Source: Dehalococcoidia bacterium (GTDB lineage: Bacteria; Chloroflexota; Dehalococcoidia; Lucifugimonadales; QGNO01). Taken from it: a DNA stretch of 64,000 nt. The translations under genes were made by a program, and so were the position numbers. The notes under the pieces were generated by a model. That model was not told the origin of the DNA and searched no databases. It saw only the letters and a list, made by a program, of their open reading frames with translations. How positions within the stretch are numbered: position 1 is the stretch's first letter; the number at the start of each line of letters is the position of its first letter. The DNA is taken from the NCBI GenBank assembly GCA_965116555.1, contig OZ220698.1, positions 1,778,160 to 1,842,159 of the forward strand, read 5' to 3'. Of this stretch, positions 56,574 through 64,000 are shown piece by piece.

Positions 56574-56861
56574 ATGCGCATTGTATTTGCTCTGTCGGCA
56601 CGGCGGTTCTTGGACGCCGTGCCTAATCACACTCGGAGCAAACTCATCAATGATGCGGTCTGGTTAGCCAGCAACTCGTATCTGACTCCGGATGATACGC
56701 AGATCGTACCGTTCCTTATGCCTCCTCATGTAGGCAAGATTTTCAGAGACGATTTCCATTGGATAATTTTCTATACTGAAGGAGAACGTCTAATAATCGC
56801 CAACATAGGCTGCCTTTCTGAGAAGCCACATTTATGGCGCGCAGAACCTCCCCGAAGCTAA
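56574..56861 (+). CDS. RelE/ParE-like small protein, candidate toxin
   Basis: ATG abuts the upstream stop; MRIVF..SARRFL..., HWIIFY.....LIIANI matches the RelE/ParE secondary-structure pattern. Confidence 0.6.
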   Translation: MRIVFALSARRFLDAVPNHTRSKLINDAVWLASNSYLTPDDTQIVPFLMPPHVGKIFRDDFHWIIFYTEGERLIIANIGCLSEKPHLWRAEPPRS

Positions 56862-56961
56862 GTATCACTCATTGTGCCAAGCCCTTTCTCCACTCTGCGT
56901 AATCCTATAAAGTATTAGAAGCAATATCGGAGCACCCACCAAGCTTTCACAAGGAGGGCCA

Positions 56962-59703
56962 ATGAGTAATCCCGTCCAGGACGTCCAGCGGCTGGGCCAG
57001 TCCATCTGGTACGACAACATACGGCGCGGCCTGCTCGATTCGGGAGAACTGAAACGCCTCATCGAAATGGGCGTTACCGGCCTCACCTCCAACCCGACCA
57101 TCTTCGAGAAGGCGATAGCGGGAAGCACGGACTACGACGAAGCCCTCACCGAGCTGGCCCGCTCCGACAAGTCCGTGGACGAGAGCTACGAAGCGCTGGT
57201 TATAGAGGACATCCGCAACACCGCCGACCTGCTCCGACCTATCTACGACCGCACCAACGGAGTCGACGGCTACGCCTCGCTGGAGGTCAGCCCCAAGCTC
57301 GCCCACGATACGGCGGGCACCACGGCGGAGGCGCGCCGTCTCTTCGGCGCGTTGGACAAGCCCAACGTAATGATAAAGGTCCCCGCCACTGCGGAGGGCA
57401 TCCCCGCCGTCCGCCAGCTTATTAGCGAAGGCATCAACATCAACGTCACCCTCATCTTCTCGCTGGAAGCCTACCGGCAGGTGATGGAGGCCTACATCGC
57501 TGGACTGGAAGAGTACATCGCCGGCGGCGGCGACCCATCTCGCATAGCCTCTGTGGCCTCGTTCTTCGTGAGCAGGGTCGATACGGCCGTGGATGCTCTC
57601 CTGGAAGAGCGTATGCGCCAGGGCGGGCCGGACGTGAAGCCGCTGATGGGCAAGGCGGCCATCGCCAACGCCAAACTGGCCTACCGCGAGTTCCAACAGG
57701 TCTTCGGCGAAGAGCGCTTCTCTGGCTTGAAGGGCAAGCAGGCGCGCCCGCAGAGACCGCTCTGGGCCAGCACCAGCACCAAGAACCCCGCCTACAGCGA
57801 CCTCATGTACGTGGAGGCGTTGATAGGCCCTGACACCGTGGATACCCTGCCGCCCGCTACGCTGACGGCGCTTCTGGAGTACGGCAAGCCCGGACCTACG
57901 CTAGCGCAAGGAACGGAGCAGGCGGAGGAGCACTTGGACGCGCTGGAACAGGCGGGCATCAGCATGGCTCAGGTTACCGACAAGCTCCTGGCCGACGGGG
58001 TGAAGTCGTTCGCTGACTCCTTCGACACGCTGCTGGCCAACATCAGCGAGAAGATGGCCAAGCTCACAGCCCAGATGCCCACGCCTCCAACCTCATCTCT
58101 CGGCGGCCACCTGCCGGACGTAGAGGCCGCCCTGCGCGACCTGCAGGACAGAGAGGTGATCAAGCGCATCTGGTCCAACGACCACACCGTATGGAAGCCG
58201 GAGCCCACTGAGATCAGCGACCGCCTAGGATGGCTCAACGTCACCGAATCGATGGCCGGCCAGGCGTCGGCCTTGCAGAGCTTCGCCGACGAGGTCAAAG
58301 ACGCCGGGTATCGCCACGTTGTGCTACTCGGTATGGGCGGAAGCAGCCTGGGCGCGGAGGTGCTCTGGCAGACCTTTGGCAGTGCGCCGGGTTATCCTGA
58401 GCCTATCACTCTGGACACCACCGTCCCCGACTGGATTCAGGCCGTCAACCGGACCATAGACGTGTCCAAGACCCTGTTCCTGGTCTCATCAAAGTCTGGC
58501 GGAACCTTGGAAACGGTTTCGGGCTATCGCTACTACCGGAGCCTGGTTGAAGAATCGCTGGGCAAGGAGAAGGCGGGGGCGAACTTCGCCGCCATCACCG
58601 ACCCGGATTCCCCACTGGAAAAGCTGGGGCAAGAGGAGGGCTTCCGCCGCATCTTCACCAATCCGTCGGATATCGGCGGGCGGTACGCCGTCCTCTCCTA
58701 CTTCGGACTGGTACCCGCTGCGCTCGCCGGAATCGCGATAGAGGACATCCTGGCATCCGCCGACGTTATGCGCCAAGGGTGCGACTCTTCCGTCTCTGCA
58801 ATAGATAACCCCGCCGCCTGGCTGGGAGCCGCCATGGCTGCGCTGGCCTTGAAGGGGCGCGACAAGCTGACCATAGTCACCTCTCCGTCCATAAGCACCT
58901 TTGGCCTCTGGGCGGAGCAGCTCCTTGCCGAAAGCACCGGCAAGGAGGGCAAGGGCATTGTGCCGGTGGCCGGAGAGCCACTGGCCGAGCCGGAATCGTA
59001 CGGCGACGACCGGCTCTTCGTATATATGCGCGTAGAGGACGACGACAACGCAAAAACCGACGCGGAGATCGAGCGGCTAGAATCCTCGGGGCAGCCGGTC
59101 ATCCGCTTGGGCCTCAGGGACAGGTACGACCTGGGCGCTGAGTTCTTTCGCTGGGAGTTTGCTACCGCCGTCGCCGGTGCCGTGCTGGCGATAAACCCGT
59201 TCGACCAGCCCAACGTGCAATCGGCCAAGGACAAGACGGCGGACGTGCTTCAGGAATACGGTTCCTCGGGAGCACTGCCGGAGATCGAAGCCCCCGGCTC
59301 TCTGAAAGACCTGCTGGCCGAAGCGAAGTCCGGCGACTACCTGGCAATCATGGCCTACCTGCGTCCCACTCCGGAGGTTGAACAGGCCATGGCGGACTTG
59401 AGGCGCAATGTGACCGAGAAGCACAAGATAGCCACAACTTTCGGCTATGGGCCGCGCTTCCTCCACTCCAGCGGCCAGCTGCACAAAGGCGGCCCCGCAT
59501 CGGGTCTGTTCCTGCAGCTCGTCATTGACCACGAGGACGATATTCCAATTCCGGGCCAGACCTACTCCTTCGCCACCCTGGCCGACGCACAGGCCATCGG
59601 CGACCTGCAGGTGCTCCAGGAACTGGGACGACGCGTCGCCATGGTGAAGCTGGGCAAGGATACGGCAGCCGGTATACGCCGTATGATTGAGGAGATTAGC
59701 TAA
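56962..59703 (+). CDS. Bifunctional transaldolase / phosphoglucose isomerase
   Basis: QSIWYDNI, GLTSNPTIF, SLEVSP, MIKVP, LWAST.TKNP; PGI part GMGGSSLG, SSKSGGT.ET, GGRY, QL.AESTGK, PFDQPNV..AK. Confidence 0.95.
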   Translation: MSNPVQDVQRLGQSIWYDNIRRGLLDSGELKRLIEMGVTGLTSNPTIFEKAIAGSTDYDEALTELARSDKSVDESYEALVIEDIRNTADLLRPIYDRTNGVDGYASLEVSPKLAHDTAGTTAEARRLFGALDKPNVMIKVPATAEGIPAVRQLISEGININVTLIFSLEAYRQVMEAYIAGLEEYIAGGGDPSRIASVASFFVSRVDTAVDALLEERMRQGGPDVKPLMGKAAIANAKLAYREFQQVFGEERFSGLKGKQARPQRPLWASTSTKNPAYSDLMYVEALIGPDTVDTLPPATLTALLEYGKPGPTLAQGTEQAEEHLDALEQAGISMAQVTDKLLADGVKSFADSFDTLLANISEKMAKLTAQMPTPPTSSLGGHLPDVEAALRDLQDREVIKRIWSNDHTVWKPEPTEISDRLGWLNVTESMAGQASALQSFADEVKDAGYRHVVLLGMGGSSLGAEVLWQTFGSAPGYPEPITLDTTVPDWIQAVNRTIDVSKTLFLVSSKSGGTLETVSGYRYYRSLVEESLGKEKAGANFAAITDPDSPLEKLGQEEGFRRIFTNPSDIGGRYAVLSYFGLVPAALAGIAIEDILASADVMRQGCDSSVSAIDNPAAWLGAAMAALALKGRDKLTIVTSPSISTFGLWAEQLLAESTGKEGKGIVPVAGEPLAEPESYGDDRLFVYMRVEDDDNAKTDAEIERLESSGQPVIRLGLRDRYDLGAEFFRWEFATAVAGAVLAINPFDQPNVQSAKDKTADVLQEYGSSGALPEIEAPGSLKDLLAEAKSGDYLAIMAYLRPTPEVEQAMADLRRNVTEKHKIATTFGYGPRFLHSSGQLHKGGPASGLFLQLVIDHEDDIPIPGQTYSFATLADAQAIGDLQVLQELGRRVAMVKLGKDTAAGIRRMIEEIS

Positions 59704-59736
59704 GTCCAACGGCGCTCTCTACTAAGGAGGCATGAA

Positions 59737-60645
59737 ATGGAACTGGGCATGATAGGACTTGGCCGCATGGGCGGGAACATGGCCCTGCGGCTCAGCAAGG
59801 GCGGCCACGACATGGTCGGCTACGACCCAAACCAGCAGGTGGTGCAGGACTACGAAAAGCAGGGCATCTCAGGCGCATCTTCCCTGGAAGACCTGGTCGG
59901 CAAGCTGTCCGCGCCCCGCGCCGTATGGAGCATGGTCCCTTCCGGAGATGTAACGGAGGCCACCGTCAACCGCCTCGGCGAGCTGCTGTCGCCGGAGGAC
60001 ACCGTAATAGACGGCGGGAACTCCTACTACAAGGATAGCGTTCGCCGCGCCGCCGTCCTGAAGGAAAAGGGCATCTACTTCCTGGACTCCGGGACCAGCG
60101 GCGGCATTTGGGGGGTAACGGAGGGCTACAGCCTGATGGTGGGCGGTGATAGCGACGCATTCAGTAGGTTGGAGCCTATAATGCAGACCCTGGCCCCAGC
60201 CGCCGACAAAGGCTACGGCCGCGTTGGCCCCGCCGGAGCGGGTCACTTCGTCAAGATGGTGCACAACGGCATCGAGTACGGCATGATGCAAGCCTATGCC
60301 GAAGGTTTCGAAATCATGGAGGCCAAGAAGGAGTTCGAGCTGGACATGGCCGGCATAGCCGAGATATGGCGCTACGGCAGCGTAGTCCGCTCATGGCTCC
60401 TGGACCTGACCGCGGCCGCCCTGCAGGAAGAGCCTGACCTGGCAAGCCTGCAGGCCTACGTGGACGACTCCGGAGAGGGGCGCTGGACTGTCCAGGAATC
60501 GGTGGACCTGGCGGTGCCCGCGCCGGTCATTTCGGCGTCATTGCAGGCGCGTTTCCGCTCGCGGCAGGAGAACTCGTTCGGGGCGCGACTCCTGGCTGCC
60601 ATGCGGAACCAGTTCGGCGGTCATGCCGTGCGCAGGGCCGGGTAA
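59737..60645 (+). CDS. gnd: 6-phosphogluconate dehydrogenase (decarboxylating, short form)
   Basis: GLGRMG.NM, IDGGNS, DSGTSGG.WG, GHFVKMVHNGIEYG, DSGEGRWT. Confidence 0.96.
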   Translation: MELGMIGLGRMGGNMALRLSKGGHDMVGYDPNQQVVQDYEKQGISGASSLEDLVGKLSAPRAVWSMVPSGDVTEATVNRLGELLSPEDTVIDGGNSYYKDSVRRAAVLKEKGIYFLDSGTSGGIWGVTEGYSLMVGGDSDAFSRLEPIMQTLAPAADKGYGRVGPAGAGHFVKMVHNGIEYGMMQAYAEGFEIMEAKKEFELDMAGIAEIWRYGSVVRSWLLDLTAAALQEEPDLASLQAYVDDSGEGRWTVQESVDLAVPAPVISASLQARFRSRQENSFGARLLAAMRNQFGGHAVRRAG

Positions 60646-60677
60646 ATGCAGGTCGGAGGAAGGATTGGGGAATAACC

Positions 60678-62135
60678 ATGTCTGAAGGTACAACCACTAT
60701 CGTGATTTTCGGAGCAACGGGAGACCTTGCGAAACGCAAGCTGGTGCCCGCGCTCTTCACGCTCGCCGTCAAGAACCGGCTCGACGATAACGTCCGAATC
60801 GTGGGGGCGTCGCGCTCCGCCATGTCCGACGACCAGTTCCGTGAATCGATGTGGGACGCCCTGCAGGAGTTCCGGGACCTTAAGAACCGCCGCCAGGACT
60901 GGGACCGCTTTGCCCGCCGTCTCAGCTATATCCCGGCGGACATCTCTAACCCGATGGACTTCGTAAATATGAAGGAGCAGCTTGAAGAGATGGAAGGTGA
61001 CACCAGCCCTGCCAACCGTCTCTTCTATCTCTCCATAGCGCCCTCTCTCTATTTGGGCGCGATTCTCAACCTGGGCGCTACCGACCTGGCCGTGGAGGAT
61101 ACGGGCTGGAGGCGGGTGGTCATAGAGAAGCCGTTCGGCTGGAACCTTGAATCCGCCCAGGCACTCAACCGGGAGGTGCATCAGGTATTCCAAGAGGAGC
61201 AGGTGTACCGCATAGACCACTACCTGGGCAAGGAGTCCGTGCAGAACCTGCTGGTGCTTCGCTTCGCCAATGCCATATTCGAGCCTGTATGGAACCGCAA
61301 CTACGTGGACAACATCCAGATCACCGTGGCGGAATCGGTGGACGTTGCTGACCGCGCCGCCTACTACGACGAATCGGGCGTGGTGAGGGACATGGTGCAG
61401 AACCACCTCCTACAGCTTCTCGCCATGGTGGCCATGGAGCCCCCCAGCGCCGCCGATGCTGAGTCGCTGCGCAGCAAGAAGGTGGACGTGCTCAAAGCCA
61501 TCAGGCGTTGGGAGACCGATGATGTGTCCAAGCACGCCATCAGGGGCCAGTACAAGGGCTACCTGGACGAAAAGGGAGTCGATCCTGGGTCGCTCACCGG
61601 AACATACGTGGCCATGCGTCTCTACGTGGACAACTGGCGCTGGCGCGACGTGCCTTTCTACCTGCGCACTGGGAAAGCCATGGCCAACAAGACGTCGGAG
61701 ATAATCGTCCAGTTCCAGTCTCCTCCGCATCTCATGTTCTACGACCATATGCCGGACGATCTGTCGCCCAATATTCTATCGGTGTGCCTACAGCCTAACG
61801 AAGGCACCCACCTCAGGTTTCAATCCAAAGTCCCAGACCAGGGAATGACGATGAGGCCCGTGGACATGGAGTTCCGCTACGAAACGGCTTTCAGAGACCA
61901 GTCCATCCCGGAGGCCTACGAGCTCCTTTTGGAAGACGCTCTGAAGGGAGACGCGTCCCTGTTCATCAGAAGCGACCACATAGAAGAGGCCTGGCGCATA
62001 GTGGAGCCGCTTCTCAACTGGCACGAGATCAGAGCTCCTTACGAGTACGACCGCGGCTCCTGGGGCCCCCAGGCCGCCGATTGGCTCCTGGCCCAAGACG
62101 GGCGGTCCTGGGTGCTGGTCTGCGGTGGCGTCTGA
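60678..62135 (+). CDS. zwf: Glucose-6-phosphate 1-dehydrogenase
   Basis: FGATGDLAKRKL.P, EKPFG, RIDHYLGKE, RDMVQNH, PFYLRTGK. Confidence 0.97.
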   Translation: MSEGTTTIVIFGATGDLAKRKLVPALFTLAVKNRLDDNVRIVGASRSAMSDDQFRESMWDALQEFRDLKNRRQDWDRFARRLSYIPADISNPMDFVNMKEQLEEMEGDTSPANRLFYLSIAPSLYLGAILNLGATDLAVEDTGWRRVVIEKPFGWNLESAQALNREVHQVFQEEQVYRIDHYLGKESVQNLLVLRFANAIFEPVWNRNYVDNIQITVAESVDVADRAAYYDESGVVRDMVQNHLLQLLAMVAMEPPSAADAESLRSKKVDVLKAIRRWETDDVSKHAIRGQYKGYLDEKGVDPGSLTGTYVAMRLYVDNWRWRDVPFYLRTGKAMANKTSEIIVQFQSPPHLMFYDHMPDDLSPNILSVCLQPNEGTHLRFQSKVPDQGMTMRPVDMEFRYETAFRDQSIPEAYELLLEDALKGDASLFIRSDHIEEAWRIVEPLLNWHEIRAPYEYDRGSWGPQAADWLLAQDGRSWVLVCGGV

Positions 62136-62139
62136 ACCC

Positions 62140-62880
62140 ATGCCCAATGTGCACGTATCAGCCACGGCGGAGGAATCGGCGCGGCAAGCGGCTGAGCTTA
62201 TCGCCGCCCTGTCGGAGCGAGCCGTGCGGGACCGCGGCCGGTTTGCCGTTGCCCTCTCCGGAGGTTCCACCCCTCGACGCCTTCATGCCCTACTCGCCTC
62301 GGAGGAGTATCGCGAGCGCATCTCATGGCCGCACTGGCGCATCTTCTGGGGAGACGAGCGCGCCGTCCGCCCGGACCACGACGAAAGCAACTTCCGCATG
62401 GCAAGGGAGACATTGCTCAACCACGTGCCTTTGAGCCAGGCGCACGTCCACCGCATCCCTACGGAGTTTGACCCCGACCGCGCCGCCACTGAATACGAGC
62501 AGACCATTCGCCAAGCGCTGTTTGCGGATATCCCCGTCTTCGACCTGATCCTGCTCGGCATGGGCGACGACGGACACACGGCGTCTCTCTTCCCAGGCAG
62601 CGAAGCTCTGCAAGAGGATAAACGCCTCGTGGTCTCTGACTGGGTGCCTCACCTCGACGCGCACCGCATCACCTTCACCCTCCCCCTGATAAACCGCGCC
62701 GCCGCCGTAGCGTTCCTGGTGGAAGGAGCGCACAAGGCCAAGATGGTGCAACGCATGCTCCAACCCGGCCCCGCAGAAGAGCCGCTCCCGGCATCCCTTG
62801 TACAACCGACTGACGGCGAGCTCCACTGGTTCCTGGACAGCGCTGCGGCAGAGCGGCTGACGGACACTCCGTCTGGATAA
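62140..62880 (+). CDS. pgl: 6-phosphogluconolactonase
   Basis: ALSGGSTP, FWGDER.V.PDH.ESN, LGMG.DGHTASLFP, RITFTLP. Confidence 0.96.
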   Translation: MPNVHVSATAEESARQAAELIAALSERAVRDRGRFAVALSGGSTPRRLHALLASEEYRERISWPHWRIFWGDERAVRPDHDESNFRMARETLLNHVPLSQAHVHRIPTEFDPDRAATEYEQTIRQALFADIPVFDLILLGMGDDGHTASLFPGSEALQEDKRLVVSDWVPHLDAHRITFTLPLINRAAAVAFLVEGAHKAKMVQRMLQPGPAEEPLPASLVQPTDGELHWFLDSAAAERLTDTPSG

Positions 62881-62925
62881 CCACGCTCTTCACCCGCCCA
62901 CCCTGAGCGAGGGCGTGCCCTCTCG

Positions 62926-63029
62926 GTCATTCTGAGGAGCCAGCGACGAAGAATCCGAAGCCTCTGCCTGCAAAGCTACGATGTATTCGATGAGCCGCTT
63001 GGGATTCTTCGCCTACGGCTCAGAATGAC
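62926..63029. repeat. Inverted REP-like pair (GTCATTCTGAG..GAAGAATCC / GGATTCTTC..CTCAGAATGAC)
   Basis: Arms at 62926-62956 and 63002-63029 between convergent pgl and MFS; flanked by partial copies of the other repeat types. Confidence 0.82.
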
Positions 63030-63079
63030 GACCCCACGCCCCTGGATGCCCGTTGTCGCGGGATACGTTTAACCGTCCC

Positions 63080-64000
63080 CTAGACCTTACGCATCTCCTT
63101 CGAGAAGTATGACCACACCGCGGTCAGCGCCACGCCTGAAGCCGCCATTGCCGCCACCGCCGTGCCAGGGCCCAGCCACTCCGCCAGAACCCCCAGGACC
63201 AGCGTACCCAGCGGCATCACTCCAATGAACATGCTCATGATCCCCATCACCCGGCCCCGCATCTTCTCGTCCGTGGAGAGCAGCACCATCGTCGCCTGCA
63301 TCGACCCGAATCCCGACATCCCTACACCGGCCAAAACCAGGGCAAGAAAGGAGAGCGGGTATGAGGTGGACAACCCGAACAGAGTCAGGAACCCCATGCC
63401 GATCATTGCGCCCCCATAGTAGTAACGCGACTTCAGCCGGATGTTTCTCCGTGACGCTATGAACGACGACCCTATAATGGAGCCTATCCCCTGCGCTGCT
63501 CCTAGCGCGCCCATCGCCGTCGGGCTCACCAGCAGTACCTTCTCCGCGAACACCGGAATAAGCGATCTGTGAGGGGGAAAGGCCAGGTTGAGCAGCACCG
63601 TCACCCCCACCACGCCAATCAGAGCGCGGCTCCCCATGAGAGCGCGGAACCCTTCCGCGGTTACCCTGAAGAATGAATGTACTCCGACCGACACCAGCGT
63701 CTGCTTCCTGGATGGACGTATGAGTGATACCAGGACCAGGGCGGCCAGGTAGAACAGCGCCACCGCCAGGTACGACCAGCCCACGTTCTGGAACCCGTCT
63801 TCCGATGCAACACCCAGTATCACGCCCCCCAGTGAGGGGCCTATCATGACGCCGACTGTTTGGCCCATCTGGTCCAGTGCAAACGCCGTGTGCAGCGACT
63901 CCCTGTTCACCAGGTCCGCTACGAAGGTGCGTCGCGCCACCTGGTCAAGCGTGTGGGATGTGCCAATGAGCAGGCTGAACCCCAGTATGTGCCATTCCAC
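63080..64000 (-). CDS. MFS transporter (5' partial, runs off window end)
   Basis: Multiple TM helices, DQVARRTFV.DLV, RGRVMG; DUF894/EntS-like MFS_3 style. Confidence 0.9.
   Translation of the reverse strand: MEWHILGFSLLIGTSHTLDQVARRTFVADLVNRESLHTAFALDQMGQTVGVMIGPSLGGVILGVASEDGFQNVGWSYLAVALFYLAALVLVSLIRPSRKQTLVSVGVHSFFRVTAEGFRALMGSRALIGVVGVTVLLNLAFPPHRSLIPVFAEKVLLVSPTAMGALGAAQGIGSIIGSSFIASRRNIRLKSRYYYGGAMIGMGFLTLFGLSTSYPLSFLALVLAGVGMSGFGSMQATMVLLSTDEKMRGRVMGIMSMFIGVMPLGTLVLGVLAEWLGPGTAVAAMAASGVALTAVWSYFSKEMRKV

Noticed and set aside
1-64000. Numerous long overlapping alternative-frame ORFs (e.g. 35830..36753, 48468..49370, 53773..54729, 22943..23839)
   Set aside because: Typical GC-rich shadow ORFs overlapping well-supported genes, with Arg/Gly/Pro-biased, motif-free translations.

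Overview
A gene-dense, moderately GC-rich bacterial chromosomal window that is mostly housekeeping and metabolic. Its gene content (T-box ileS, ino1-GT4-CDP-alcohol transferase cluster, tal-pgi fusion, LLM oxidoreductase, family-5 peptide ABC system) suggests a Chloroflexota, Dehalococcoidia/SAR202-like organism; this assignment is inference only. It contains ileS with a T-box, rph, comEC/comEA/comF, ilvE, an mshA-like glycosyltransferase plus GNAT, thrC-hom, rpsF-ssb-rpsR, glyA, inositol-lipid genes, a sulfurtransferase, csoR-copA, tRNA-Asp, an amidase, a DEAD-box helicase, an ABC peptide transporter and the pentose-phosphate operon. I saw no CRISPR array, rRNA, integrase or transposase. The main features absent from the ORF track are: (1) a Cys-rich 23-aa leader peptide plus intrinsic terminator upstream of the sulfurtransferase, a candidate cysteine-sensing attenuator; (2) a probable selenoprotein (in-frame UGA in WASW-U-A-C with a SECIS-like hairpin) beside copA; (3) a low-GC Panacea-domain gene paired with a RelE/ParE-like gene, a candidate toxin-antitoxin module; (4) several families of intergenic REP-like palindromes, some nested; (5) a higB toxin remnant in front of an orphan higA, and other unannotated small ORFs. 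All product calls come from motif recognition by eye; no database search was run.
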